From a virus (taxonomy: Duplodnaviria > Caudoviricetes): DNA of 64,000 nt. Shown here piece by piece: positions 50,150 to 60,256 of this stretch (the first letter of the stretch is position 1; every line of letters begins with the position of its first letter). Under the pieces are notes generated by a model. That model was not told the origin of the DNA. It did not search any database and saw only the letters and a list, made by a program, of their open reading frames with translations. The stretch lies in IMG/VR virus record IMGVR_UViG_3300008259_003073, one strand, 5' to 3'. The translations under genes were made by a program, and so were the position numbers.

Positions 50150-50153
50150 GTCA

Positions 50154-51305
50154 TTATGGTTTTTTCCATATCCATACTGGCTCACAAAATGTTTTGTTTT
50201 TTGCTTCTTCCGCTTTTAATAAAGCTTCTTCTGTATATCTTTCCTCATCCCCTTCTATAATTGCTCCTGCACCTGCTGAACCTGGTCTCTTTGCCATCTC
50301 CATCCCTAAACACCCTTCATAGATACCTCCCAATGATTTGATGTAATCGTTCATAGGGTTTGTTATTTCTTGGTATCCTTTACCATCCCCTTTGGAAGAT
50401 GCATATACATCTGCAATGTTAATTGCTAAATACCCACCCTTTCTAATAGTAGGCCAAACCTTTTCGATTGTTTTATGTAAGAATAATTTATTCCATGCAT
50501 CAATGTTGTTGTATCGAACCCAACTTTGGGTATCGTCATAAGAATATCGTTCAACATTGAAATATGGGGGTGAGCTGAAAACAATGTCAAAATAATCGGT
50601 GTACTCACTATAATCCATGTCTTCAGCTGGAATTGGGTGATTTTCTTTTCTCGGGTCAATACCCACATAATGTTCTCCTTTTTCAGATGCCATAAATCCA
50701 CACAATCTATCTCCCCATCCCGCCGATATGTCTAACACATTTTTTGCACCTACCATATCGTAAAGTGCTTTGGCAACATTGGGTTTGAATTGTGAGCAAA
50801 TGTACTTTCTTAAACTCAAACAAACTCGCAGTTCGTTTCTTCCTACTTCATCAAATTTAAGAGTGTATAACCCACCCATTAAAGACGTCATAAAATCCTT
50901 ACTTGCCCACGTTCTATGAGGACCTGGCGAAACGGTGCCGTCTACACTCCAACGATTTGCTTGTTGAAAGAAATTGGATGCAGAGTTACCAGTGTTTAAC
51001 CTTTTTACAAATTGCTTCTTACCTCTGAATGTTAAAGGATAATTACTTTCCGATGCTTTACGAGGAAACCACTCACCCTCTTTAAGTAGTTCGTTGTAAC
51101 GAGTTCCTTTGAGAGCAAGGTATTCCTTTCTAGCTTCGGTTTCTGTGATTTCGGCATACGGTAATTCGTATTCCATACACAATTGCGCAAGAGAGTCTTT
51201 TACATCATCTCTGTCAAAAGTGCTTTTAATATAACTCCACTCTTCACTATTGATGTGAAGGTATGGAGCCATATTTTTGAACTTGTTAAAGTATTCTATA
51301 TACAT
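50154..51305 (-). CDS. second amino-MTase-fold protein, apparently with in-frame internal deletion
   Basis: QFKPNVAK, LDISAGWGDR, GIDP, FSSPPYFNVERY; very short motif II-IV spacing. Confidence 0.75.
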   Translation of the reverse strand: MYIEYFNKFKNMAPYLHINSEEWSYIKSTFDRDDVKDSLAQLCMEYELPYAEITETEARKEYLALKGTRYNELLKEGEWFPRKASESNYPLTFRGKKQFVKRLNTGNSASNFFQQANRWSVDGTVSPGPHRTWASKDFMTSLMGGLYTLKFDEVGRNELRVCLSLRKYICSQFKPNVAKALYDMVGAKNVLDISAGWGDRLCGFMASEKGEHYVGIDPRKENHPIPAEDMDYSEYTDYFDIVFSSPPYFNVERYSYDDTQSWVRYNNIDAWNKLFLHKTIEKVWPTIRKGGYLAINIADVYASSKGDGKGYQEITNPMNDYIKSLGGIYEGCLGMEMAKRPGSAGAGAIIEGDEERYTEEALLKAEEAKNKTFCEPVWIWKKP

Positions 51306-51315
51306 AACTTAATAA

Positions 51316-53586
51316 TTAATTATTCTGTAATTCCGTAACATAAGAATCTAAAACAACATTTCCACTTTTAAAAGAATAACTGCTATTATATTCAATTTCA
51401 AAATAAGAAAGTACAATTTTTAAATTTTCTCGTGCTTTCTTTGCGTTGTTGTAATCTTCTTCTTTTGCTTCATTATCGCTATCTTCAATGAATTCAATCT
51501 TTCTTTTATTTAGAGTATCATTGCAATTTGCAATCATTTCTTTCCAAAATAAGTCAAATGATTTTTGATTTAGTTTAAATTTATGTCTATTATCTTTATT
51601 AAACTCAAATATCCACATTTTATCACGAAGAACTCCACCATCCGAATCAGCTTCTAAATGCCCAACATCAAATTCTTCAACTTTACGAAGTATTCCATCA
51701 CGCGTATTAAAGATTTTAAAATTTGATAAATCGTTATTTTTTATTTCTTTTTTAAGAAAATTTAAAAATTTCAATCTTTCTTTTGAAGTAGTTGATGCAT
51801 CTATATATTCTAAATCTAAAACTGGTTTTACAACATCAATGAAAAATGTATCTATAACTGCATATATTTTTTCGATATTACCACCTTTAAAATGATATAA
51901 TGGACCAAATGTAGGCGTATCATTTCTATCATCTAAATCCGATGCTCTACATACATCTTTCCAATCATCAATATTATACTCAAATTTAAAAAATGATTTA
52001 GGTCCTTCATATAAATCAATTTCAAAATTCCAAACAAAATCTAACCACTTTTGAGTTGTAATTTCAATAACTCTATTAAGCACATCTGTAATATGTGTTT
52101 CGGATAGATTTTTGTTTTGTAATACAAAATCAATAGTATTTAATAATATTGGATAAAGTAATTCTTTTTGTTGTAATCTCAACTTATTAACAGTACCTAA
52201 ATTACCAGGTTTATCTATACCAATATTTTTAAGATATTCTCTAATTATTTCGGTTTCCTTTTGTAAATGAGTATTCCATAGTTGAATTATTTTCTCGTTA
52301 TTTAACCCAACATTTTTTTGTGAATTTTGAATTCTATTATATCCTAATGTAGCTTCAACCATATTAAAAACTTTTAGAAATTCGGATTCTAATTGCTTTA
52401 CATTTCGTTTGTTTCTTTCGGAATATTCAATATATTCGGCAACAGTCTCTTGAACTATTTTAGTTCCTTTATCAAACGGCCTAGCTAAACCATTATAAAA
52501 CCAATTTTGATAACGCTTTAAACCATAATCACTTTTAATATCCGCACCATTAATTTGAATTAAACATGATGTAAGAAAATGATAAATGTATCTATCATAT
52601 TCATTATATTCAGAACCATGAATATTATCATTAATTACTCTAAAAAATGGATTGTTTTTATCAGATTTTGCAAAACATGCGGATAAAATGGCTGGTTTAT
52701 GTACATCTCTTGGATTTTTACTATTATCATATACTACATTATCATGCCAAGCATCTTTTACCATAGTCATTGATAAATTCACATCCGATTGTCCGGCACC
52801 TCGTTTACCTTCTCTATGATACGATTCACTTTCACATCCATTACTTTTTCTTTCTAATATTACATTTGGTTTTAAATCAAGAATTGAATTAATTAATTTA
52901 AAATATCCATTCTCTTTTAACCAACTAACAGTTAAAAATTGATTTTTTGTAATTACAAAATCATCTTTAAAAGCACCTAATGCTAATTTTAAAAGATTTA
53001 ATAAATCTGAATTTTTACCGTTTTCCCATCTATTAGAATTTTTAATATATCTGTTTTCAACTTCATTAAATTCTCCTTTTTCATCAAGAACTTTCCATAC
53101 TTTTGAATCGGTAAAATAACTAAACCATCTCCATACTAATTGAAATTTACTTTCACCATCCCATATACCAACTAATTTAAATTCTCCATAAGTATCTGTA
53201 TTTATTTTTAAAGTTGGAATTGAACTGTGTGTAATCCAAGATATAAAACCATCACTAATACTATCGTAATCCCAAGTAGATGTTCCACAATCTTCGTTCT
53301 TATTAAGAGTTCTTATTACCGAAGATTTACCCCTTTGTCCTTTTGATGGTAAAAATATTGTTGTAGACATTACAGGTTTTACATTATACTGCACATCTCT
53401 AAAAGATATAGGTTCATAATGAAACAGTAAATCTCGATAGGTTAGTTCTTTCAATGTTCCCCACGTACTTGATGAGTTATTGAAGTTTTCTATTACATTT
53501 CTGATTTGTTCTTCTTTGGTGAGAACGATACCTGATAGATTAGCTCTGTCTAACAAAGCCTTATCAATTTTTTTTGAGTATCTCAT
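51316..53586 (-). CDS. divergent DUF262 (ParB-like) + C-terminal HNH protein (GmrSD-like architecture)
   Basis: P..GQR...W, WDGESK (DGQQR-like), DVGHLEADSDGG...NKDNRHK (HNH-like). Confidence 0.55.
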   Translation of the reverse strand: MRYSKKIDKALLDRANLSGIVLTKEEQIRNVIENFNNSSSTWGTLKELTYRDLLFHYEPISFRDVQYNVKPVMSTTIFLPSKGQRGKSSVIRTLNKNEDCGTSTWDYDSISDGFISWITHSSIPTLKINTDTYGEFKLVGIWDGESKFQLVWRWFSYFTDSKVWKVLDEKGEFNEVENRYIKNSNRWENGKNSDLLNLLKLALGAFKDDFVITKNQFLTVSWLKENGYFKLINSILDLKPNVILERKSNGCESESYHREGKRGAGQSDVNLSMTMVKDAWHDNVVYDNSKNPRDVHKPAILSACFAKSDKNNPFFRVINDNIHGSEYNEYDRYIYHFLTSCLIQINGADIKSDYGLKRYQNWFYNGLARPFDKGTKIVQETVAEYIEYSERNKRNVKQLESEFLKVFNMVEATLGYNRIQNSQKNVGLNNEKIIQLWNTHLQKETEIIREYLKNIGIDKPGNLGTVNKLRLQQKELLYPILLNTIDFVLQNKNLSETHITDVLNRVIEITTQKWLDFVWNFEIDLYEGPKSFFKFEYNIDDWKDVCRASDLDDRNDTPTFGPLYHFKGGNIEKIYAVIDTFFIDVVKPVLDLEYIDASTTSKERLKFLNFLKKEIKNNDLSNFKIFNTRDGILRKVEEFDVGHLEADSDGGVLRDKMWIFEFNKDNRHKFKLNQKSFDLFWKEMIANCNDTLNKRKIEFIEDSDNEAKEEDYNNAKKARENLKIVLSYFEIEYNSSYSFKSGNVVLDSYVTELQNN

Positions 53587-53628
53587 AATTCTATGAAGTT
53601 TAAAAGGTAATTCAACCCGTTATTAATA

Positions 53629-53659
53629 CAAATATAAGAAAAGTATTTCGAAATATCAA
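53629..53659 (-). promoter_or_regulatory. Bacteroidota-type promoter (TTGA-N19-TATATTTG)
   Basis: Perfect TAnnTTTG -7 element, 19-nt spacer. Confidence 0.75.
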
Positions 53660-53678
53660 GCACTTTCTCATTTACTTT

Positions 53679-54518
53679 TTAAGAAAAAATCCATCTTCCT
53701 CCAATGTTCCAAAATAGTATATCTCCATCTAATTTTTCAATGTTATCCGATAACCATTTCCACTGTTTAATATCCCAAAATTGATTGCAAGGAAATGGTG
53801 CTTCAAAATTATCTAACCTATCGTTAAATCCATACTCTGATTTTTCAATATGAACATTGGTTGGGTCATATACATTGTGTTGTACATACGTTCCTTTGAC
53901 CGTTCTGTAAGATGAAACACAAGTACTCCAAGCGTGTCTATCTGGTTTTTCCCAAAAGTTATTCCTTTGCCCTACGAATTTTTTAATCAATCCAGATGAT
54001 GTTACTCCCTCACCCGATGAAACTACTAAATGTTTAAAATCACCCTTTTCTTCCAAAACCCTTTCCATCTTTTTTTCCATGTAATCAACATAGAAACCAT
54101 CGTTGAATGCATAAGGTAATAACTGCCATTTTCCTACCGATGAATTTTTTAATTGAGCATACATTATATCCTGTATGTTGTTTTGAATAGGATTGAATAT
54201 CGTTTTGGGGTGTAGTGTTTTAACCTTTTCTATTAGGGCCTGGCTGATTACTTTATTGTCAGGATACGAATATATGAAGTCTATCCCTAACTCCTCACAT
54301 ATCGCAGCTAATGCCCAACCAGACCAACTTCCGTTTACTACCAAGTGGGTTAAAGGTTTTGACCTATCAACATACTTATCTACTAAATTATAGATTGCTT
54401 CAATTTTTCCCCAAGGTGGTAGTGATTCACCATCACCCATCAAATCATCTCGCTTAACCCAAACCTTTCTACCTTTCAATTCATACACCTCTAATGGTGT
54501 ATTTGTATTTAAAACCAT
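53679..54518 (-). CDS. fold-type II PLP enzyme (ACC deaminase / D-cysteine desulfhydrase-like)
   Basis: TPLE...VWVKRDDL...WGK (PLP Lys), VVSSGEGVTSSG, LFWNIGG. Confidence 0.8.
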   Translation of the reverse strand: MVLNTNTPLEVYELKGRKVWVKRDDLMGDGESLPPWGKIEAIYNLVDKYVDRSKPLTHLVVNGSWSGWALAAICEELGIDFIYSYPDNKVISQALIEKVKTLHPKTIFNPIQNNIQDIMYAQLKNSSVGKWQLLPYAFNDGFYVDYMEKKMERVLEEKGDFKHLVVSSGEGVTSSGLIKKFVGQRNNFWEKPDRHAWSTCVSSYRTVKGTYVQHNVYDPTNVHIEKSEYGFNDRLDNFEAPFPCNQFWDIKQWKWLSDNIEKLDGDILFWNIGGRWIFS

Positions 54519-55384
54519 ACTCTTTCGTGTCTTTTTAGATGGGCATCTTCTATAGTGTTTTCTTTACATTTATCAATTAGTTTTTTCAAATCATCTGCAA
54601 AGTTACTATTAACATACCCACCAATCTTACCTTTAATAATTGGTTGATTGTAACTCCAAGATACGTGTTCATAATATCTGATGTTTGGAAATTCTGTTAT
54701 TTGAGGTCTATGGTCGGATGTTAGCATATCAAAGTGTCCTTGCTTTAACTTACCACTTGCTATGAAATTAACTAACGCAGGATTACTGATTACTTCTCCT
54801 CTACTAATAGAAATTATATCAACTTCTTTTCGTATTTTTGAAAACAATACATCATCAAAATATCCCTTTGTACTATCATTTAAAGGTAGTGTAATTACAA
54901 TAGTTTTAGCAAATGCTAAATATCTATCCACTTCTTCTTGTGCAGTTTTGGTATTAACAACATTGAAATTTCCAATGTGTTTTTGTAACTCTTTACTGAT
55001 ACTACCGTTACCAAATATCAATACCGCATCATCTTCTTTAATCTTATCTTTAATCCAATTTGCACAAGGTACTGCAGTTGGTGATAATGCAACAACTCCG
55101 ATGTTCTTATCTTTACAATCTTTTAAGTTTACCATATCCACACCATGTGAACGACAAACTATCCATTCTAAATTTGGATACTTATTTAAAGTTTGTTTGC
55201 CAATCTTTGAAAACTTAACAGAAAGAACCTTAACTTCTGGATATGTATCTTTTGGTCTTTCGTATGCACCCAATACTTGTACATTCGGTAATCTTTCTAA
55301 AACGGATTCTACAATATCAGCTTTATCTTTTAATAATACATCGTTATACATTTGTAAACTTTTTAAGGGTTGATTTATTGTCAT
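54509..55384 (-). CDS. D-isomer-specific 2-hydroxyacid dehydrogenase-like
   Basis: SHGVDMVNL....KNI.V, IFGNGSI, TLPLNDSTKG, SISRGEVI, D..H. Confidence 0.8.
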   Translation of the reverse strand: MTINQPLKSLQMYNDVLLKDKADIVESVLERLPNVQVLGAYERPKDTYPEVKVLSVKFSKIGKQTLNKYPNLEWIVCRSHGVDMVNLKDCKDKNIGVVALSPTAVPCANWIKDKIKEDDAVLIFGNGSISKELQKHIGNFNVVNTKTAQEEVDRYLAFAKTIVITLPLNDSTKGYFDDVLFSKIRKEVDIISISRGEVISNPALVNFIASGKLKQGHFDMLTSDHRPQITEFPNIRYYEHVSWSYNQPIIKGKIGGYVNSNFADDLKKLIDKCKENTIEDAHLKRHERVWF

Positions 55385-56894
55385 ATTTTATAAATGATTC
55401 ATCAAAGTATTCTTTGATTTTATCTTTTTCTTGCTTTAAAAAATCGGTATGACATCCAACTTGAAATGTTTTTTTAGGTCTCCATAGAATTTCATCCGAT
55501 ATTTCACCCTCAAATGATTTCCGTAAAAGATATTTCATAATTTTTCCCCTACCATTTGCTTCATCTCTATATCGTGTTGGTGTTTGTAATCCAAATTCAA
55601 CTAAAGTTTTATCTAAAAACGGTGTTCTTAATTCAACAGTACCACCATACATCATTGCTTTGTTTGTTCTAATCAAATTACTTCTATGTAACTCTCTTAA
55701 CAATTGAACTCGTTTTGAATGATACAATTTTGGGTCTTGCCAACTCCATCGAAATACATCTCCGTAACTTGCAAATATCTCATCACTACCTTCACCACCA
55801 AACACAACTTTAAAACCACGATTGTCAATTTCTTTTGCCAAAAACAATTGTGCTACTGCTGGAGATATTTGAGTCCACTTCCAATCTTCGGATGCGTAAA
55901 TTGATTCTTTTAATTTATCAACTATTTCTTCTTTGGTAACATTTACTTCTATTAACTCAATACCAATTTCTTTACTGAATTCTCTTGCGTAATACAAGTC
56001 ATCTTTTAAGTTTGCTTTTCTTGTGCCAGATGTTACATTTACAACAAATGCTTTTAGATTTTTAACACGCTTACTCAACAGATATGTAATAATTACTGAA
56101 TCTATTCCACCACTTAAAATTGTACAAATAGGAACATCTGCTATTAACTCATTATCAACTGCTTTGTTTAATAACAAATTCAATTTAGATGTATAGTGTT
56201 CTAATCCTAAATCATTTGAATCAGTATCTTTTTTTAAGAAGTCATTGAAATTAAAATAAGTGTGGGTATGTGTATCACCTGTTTCCAAATAGTAAATCAT
56301 ACAAGTACCAGGTGTTACCGTTCGTATAATTTCTTCTTTTCTATCCTTTGAATTTTTATTTGCGTGATGATAATTTACTTTAAACGAATCCGTTAATGCT
56401 TTTATCTCACTAGCAAATGCTATTTTTCTATCAGCATCTTCCAAATAATAAAAAGGAAGTCTACCAATAAAATCTCTTCCTAAAAATAAAAAATTAGATT
56501 TTCTATCGTATATACAAAAACTGAACATACCATCCAATCGTTTCATAAAATCAATTGGTTCATGTCCAAATTTTTTGTACATCAATGCCAACAATTCGGT
56601 ATCTGAACTTTCTGTTTTTGTTTTGTATTCATTTCTTAAATACGAATACTCATCTATTGTATTTTTCCAAAGTTCTCCATTGAATACAACAACAACCTCC
56701 CCATCCACATCTTCAAATGGTTGGTTTGCTATTTCAGAAAGGTCTTGGATTGACAAACGATTATGAGCCATAAACAATCCGTTTAATGGTTCAATGACGG
56801 TAGAGTTATCCCGTCCTCTATGTATTATTTTTTTAAGAGATAACTCTACCTGTTCTTTACTATTAAATGCGTTTCCGCCGATTATTCCACACAT
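55344..56894 (-). CDS. asnB: asparagine synthetase B-like glutamine amidotransferase
   Basis: MCGI, HRGRD, HNRLSIQD, FNGE, SDTE, GMFSF, LSGGIDS, GEGSDEIF, ELRTPFLD. Confidence 0.9.
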   Translation of the reverse strand: MCGIIGGNAFNSKEQVELSLKKIIHRGRDNSTVIEPLNGLFMAHNRLSIQDLSEIANQPFEDVDGEVVVVFNGELWKNTIDEYSYLRNEYKTKTESSDTELLALMYKKFGHEPIDFMKRLDGMFSFCIYDRKSNFLFLGRDFIGRLPFYYLEDADRKIAFASEIKALTDSFKVNYHHANKNSKDRKEEIIRTVTPGTCMIYYLETGDTHTHTYFNFNDFLKKDTDSNDLGLEHYTSKLNLLLNKAVDNELIADVPICTILSGGIDSVIITYLLSKRVKNLKAFVVNVTSGTRKANLKDDLYYAREFSKEIGIELIEVNVTKEEIVDKLKESIYASEDWKWTQISPAVAQLFLAKEIDNRGFKVVFGGEGSDEIFASYGDVFRWSWQDPKLYHSKRVQLLRELHRSNLIRTNKAMMYGGTVELRTPFLDKTLVEFGLQTPTRYRDEANGRGKIMKYLLRKSFEGEISDEILWRPKKTFQVGCHTDFLKQEKDKIKEYFDESFIKYDNKSTLKKFTNV

Positions 56895-56912
56895 AACTAT
56901 TTTAGAAAAATT

Positions 56913-57176
56913 TTACTTTAAGTGCTCATTTAACGCATTCATATATGTTAATTTAGAAGATACACCAGTAAATCTTTCAACCTCTACACCGTTCTTTTCT
57001 ATCACAATTGTTGGTACTGAACGAATTGAGTATTTAGTTGCTTCATTATATGCCTCATCCACATCATAATCTTCAAATTTTACATTTGAAAATTGAGTTT
57101 TAACTTCGTTAATTACTGGTGCCAATGCTCTACATGGACCACACCAAGATGCACTAAATTTCTTTACTGTTAACAT
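56913..57176 (-). CDS. trxA: thioredoxin
   Basis: FSASWCGPC, IRSVPT. Confidence 0.95.
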   Translation of the reverse strand: MLTVKKFSASWCGPCRALAPVINEVKTQFSNVKFEDYDVDEAYNEATKYSIRSVPTIVIEKNGVEVERFTGVSSKLTYMNALNEHLK

Positions 57177-57345
57177 ATTTTTTATTTTTTGGTTTTCCTT
57201 TTAATTTTTCAATTAACTTAAATTTTCTAACTTGCTTTAATTTTCTGTCTAACGGATTTTCGTTTTCTTCAACTCTATTTAGCTTTTTTTCTAATTGAAG
57301 TAGTTTTTTAGCTACCTTTCCTTTGTCAATTTTGTTTTCACTCAT
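57154..57345 (-). CDS. small basic hypothetical protein
   Basis: Start MSENK; K-rich. Confidence 0.65.
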   Translation of the reverse strand: MSENKIDKGKVAKKLLQLEKKLNRVEENENPLDRKLKQVRKFKLIEKLKGKPKNKKYVNSKEI

Positions 57346-57364
57346 AGTATTGTTTTTTAATTGT

Positions 57365-59146
57365 TTATCCTTCACAACTTACACATTCTGGGTCCATTGC
57401 CTTTGCTGCAATATCACCTCTTAAAACTGATTCGGTTCTCATATAATATAATGTTTTTACTCCTTGTTTCCAAGCTTCCATATGAATTTGATTAATCCAC
57501 TTTGGTTCTGCGGTTGCAGGGAATGCCAAATTTAGGGAAACTGCTTGGTCGATATATTGTTGTCTAACACCTGCTTGTCTTACTAAATCTAATTGGTTGA
57601 TTTCTTTAAATGTTTTGAATACATCTTTAACTGAATTACATCTGTGTGCTCTTTCATCTATAGATACTTCTTTACATTCAAGTAACTTACCATCTGAAAA
57701 ACAGTAATCATCTAAAAAGTCCAAATCTTGTACTGAACCACCATCTGCTAAAATCTTATCCCATACCTCTTTGGTATTTTTTCCAATCTTACGAAGTACT
57801 CTTTCCAATTCAGGATTCTTTCTAATGAATGTACCCTTTGCAGTTTGTTCTGTAAACACATTTGCTGCCCAAGGTTCAATACCACTACTAACATTACCAC
57901 TCAATTTAGAGTTTGATACCGTAGGTGCTACTGCTCTCAAATGTGTATTTCTCATACCACTCTCTTTACACCATAGTGGTTCACCATATTCACTAGCTAA
58001 CCATCTACTTGCTCTTTCAGATTCAATCTTTAATTGAGAGAAAATCTTACGAGTTTCAAATTGAGCTTGTAAACCTTCAAATGGTAATCCTTTTTGTTGT
58101 AAGTAAGTGTGCCATCCCAATACACCTAATCCTAATGCTCTACCTCTTTCTGCTGAACGAACTGAATTCTCAAATCCTTTCATATTTTTAGCTCTTTGGA
58201 TAAATTCTTCCAACACACCATCTAAAAATATAGTAGAAGTATATATCAAATCGGTATCTTTCCACTCATCGTATTTAGCTAAATTCAGTGATGATAAACA
58301 GCAAACAAATGAATGTTGTTCATCGGTGTGTAGAACGATTTCAGAACAAATGTTGGTCATATGAACTTTCAATCCATTCTTTTTATACATTTCAGGATTT
58401 GCTTTGTTTACATTTCCCTTGTACATAATGTACGGTTCACCAGTTGCTTTTCTTTTCTGAAGTATCTTACCCCATTTTCTACGAGCTTCCGAATCACCTT
58501 CTTCTACCTTTCTCATAAACCTATCACTAACCACAACACATTGATGTAAGTTAAGTGATTGACGATTCACATCTCCCTTTGGTTCTCTGATTTCTAAAAA
58601 ATCTTCAAAATCCTTATGTTCTACTTTAATGTTTACCGATGCTGCTCCTCTACGAACTGAACCTTGATTTGTAGCAAGAATAGTTGAATCATAGATTTTA
58701 GCAAATGGTACAATACCATCGGATGTTCCGTTACCAGTAATTTTACTACCTGCTGGTCTAATCATATTGATACCAATACCAACACCACCACCATGCTTTG
58801 CCAACAACATCAATTCTAAATTTTTAGAACCAATTTCATAGATACTATCACCTACATCAATACCGAAACATGAGATTGGTAAACCTCTATCAGTACCAGT
58901 ATTTGATAATACAGGCGTTGCTAAACACAACCATCCTTTCCAAATGTAATCAAAGAACTTTGTTGCCAATTGTGGTTTCTCCAATCTTTTAGCAACTGCC
59001 GTAGCAACTCTCCAATATGCATCCTTTGGTTTTTCACCAGCTTGTAGGTAAGTTTTAGATATAGTTTTTACATATATCTCATTATTTCCCCAAGATGGGA
59101 AATCAACATCTACTTCCCATCCGTATTCTTCTCCGTAATTTCTCAT
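57365..59146 (-). CDS. nrdA: class I ribonucleotide reductase alpha subunit (no ATP-cone)
   Basis: ATPVLSN, PISCF, GGGVG, QGSVRRG, TNICSEI, CCLSSLN, RALGLG, APTVSNS, QAVSLN, KTLYY, C-terminal CVSC. Confidence 0.96.
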   Translation of the reverse strand: MRNYGEEYGWEVDVDFPSWGNNEIYVKTISKTYLQAGEKPKDAYWRVATAVAKRLEKPQLATKFFDYIWKGWLCLATPVLSNTGTDRGLPISCFGIDVGDSIYEIGSKNLELMLLAKHGGGVGIGINMIRPAGSKITGNGTSDGIVPFAKIYDSTILATNQGSVRRGAASVNIKVEHKDFEDFLEIREPKGDVNRQSLNLHQCVVVSDRFMRKVEEGDSEARRKWGKILQKRKATGEPYIMYKGNVNKANPEMYKKNGLKVHMTNICSEIVLHTDEQHSFVCCLSSLNLAKYDEWKDTDLIYTSTIFLDGVLEEFIQRAKNMKGFENSVRSAERGRALGLGVLGWHTYLQQKGLPFEGLQAQFETRKIFSQLKIESERASRWLASEYGEPLWCKESGMRNTHLRAVAPTVSNSKLSGNVSSGIEPWAANVFTEQTAKGTFIRKNPELERVLRKIGKNTKEVWDKILADGGSVQDLDFLDDYCFSDGKLLECKEVSIDERAHRCNSVKDVFKTFKEINQLDLVRQAGVRQQYIDQAVSLNLAFPATAEPKWINQIHMEAWKQGVKTLYYMRTESVLRGDIAAKAMDPECVSCEG

Positions 59147-59154
59147 AATCTTTT

Positions 59155-60168
59155 TTAAAATATATCATCCCAATTTTCACCTTCTCCTGCCTTTGAATAA
59201 TCAGTTGGTCTGATTGCAAAGAAGTCGGTATGTGTAACACCTCCCGTAAGATGATAAAACCAATCCAATTCAGATGCTTTCTTCTCATCAAATTCAAAGT
59301 AGTCATCTCCACCTTTGATGGGGGTGTATCCCAATTCTGCTAACTTCTCATTAACTCTTTTTGTAATGAATTCCTTTAGGTCATCTTTTTTAAGATTCTC
59401 CAAATCACCCATTTCAAAAATTTTATCAATGAATTTATGTTCCAAATCTCTAATAATTTCAGCTGCTTTGTAGATATCAGCTTTTGCTTCTTCTAACAAT
59501 TCAGGATACTCTTCACACATATGCCTGAATAACTGGCAACCCATCTTTGAATGTAGTGATTCATCTCTAACACTCCACTTCATTTGTTGTCCAATTCCTT
59601 TTAATAAGTTTCGCATTTGAAAACTATAAAGAACTGCAAATGATGAATAAAGTGCTACACCCTCTGTGAATGCTGAAAATATAGCAAGTGAACGTGCTAC
59701 CTCAACTCTAGCCTGATGATTTGTTTTTAAATCTTCAGGTGTCCATTCGGCAGTTACATTGGTTAGTAATTCAAATCTTTCTTTCATAACTTCATCATGC
59801 ATAAAACCTGCGAAGTCATCTAATCCCAATGTTTCATTTAGATAAGAATATGCAACTGAATGTATTGTTTCTTGAGAACCAAATGCCATTGCCATCTGAC
59901 GGATTTCATGCTTTGGAAACCATTTAGTAACCATACCAGTCCAATAATCAGAAACGGCACATTCGGTTTGAGCAAATCCTAAAAGTATATTACCTACTAA
60001 ATGCTTTTCTTCTTTTGTTAAATTCTCATTCCAATCTTTCACATCCATCTGCATTGGTATTTCAGTATGCAACCAAAATGCCTGCATTTGTTTCAACCAA
60101 CCCTCATTGTAATAATCTGGATATTCGAATGGTTTATATGGGATTCTTTCTGTAAATAATTTACTCAT
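59155..60168 (-). CDS. nrdB: class I ribonucleotide reductase beta subunit
   Basis: FWLHTEI, QTECAV, ETIHSVAY, EGVALYSSF, RDESLH, DFF...Y. Confidence 0.96.
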   Translation of the reverse strand: MSKLFTERIPYKPFEYPDYYNEGWLKQMQAFWLHTEIPMQMDVKDWNENLTKEEKHLVGNILLGFAQTECAVSDYWTGMVTKWFPKHEIRQMAMAFGSQETIHSVAYSYLNETLGLDDFAGFMHDEVMKERFELLTNVTAEWTPEDLKTNHQARVEVARSLAIFSAFTEGVALYSSFAVLYSFQMRNLLKGIGQQMKWSVRDESLHSKMGCQLFRHMCEEYPELLEEAKADIYKAAEIIRDLEHKFIDKIFEMGDLENLKKDDLKEFITKRVNEKLAELGYTPIKGGDDYFEFDEKKASELDWFYHLTGGVTHTDFFAIRPTDYSKAGEGENWDDIF

Positions 60169-60256
60169 ATTTTTAATTTATTTATGTTTTGAATTGTAGG
60201 TATAACTATCTAATGAACTTACAAATTTTCTATTTTCTTTAGAAAACTTTATACAA

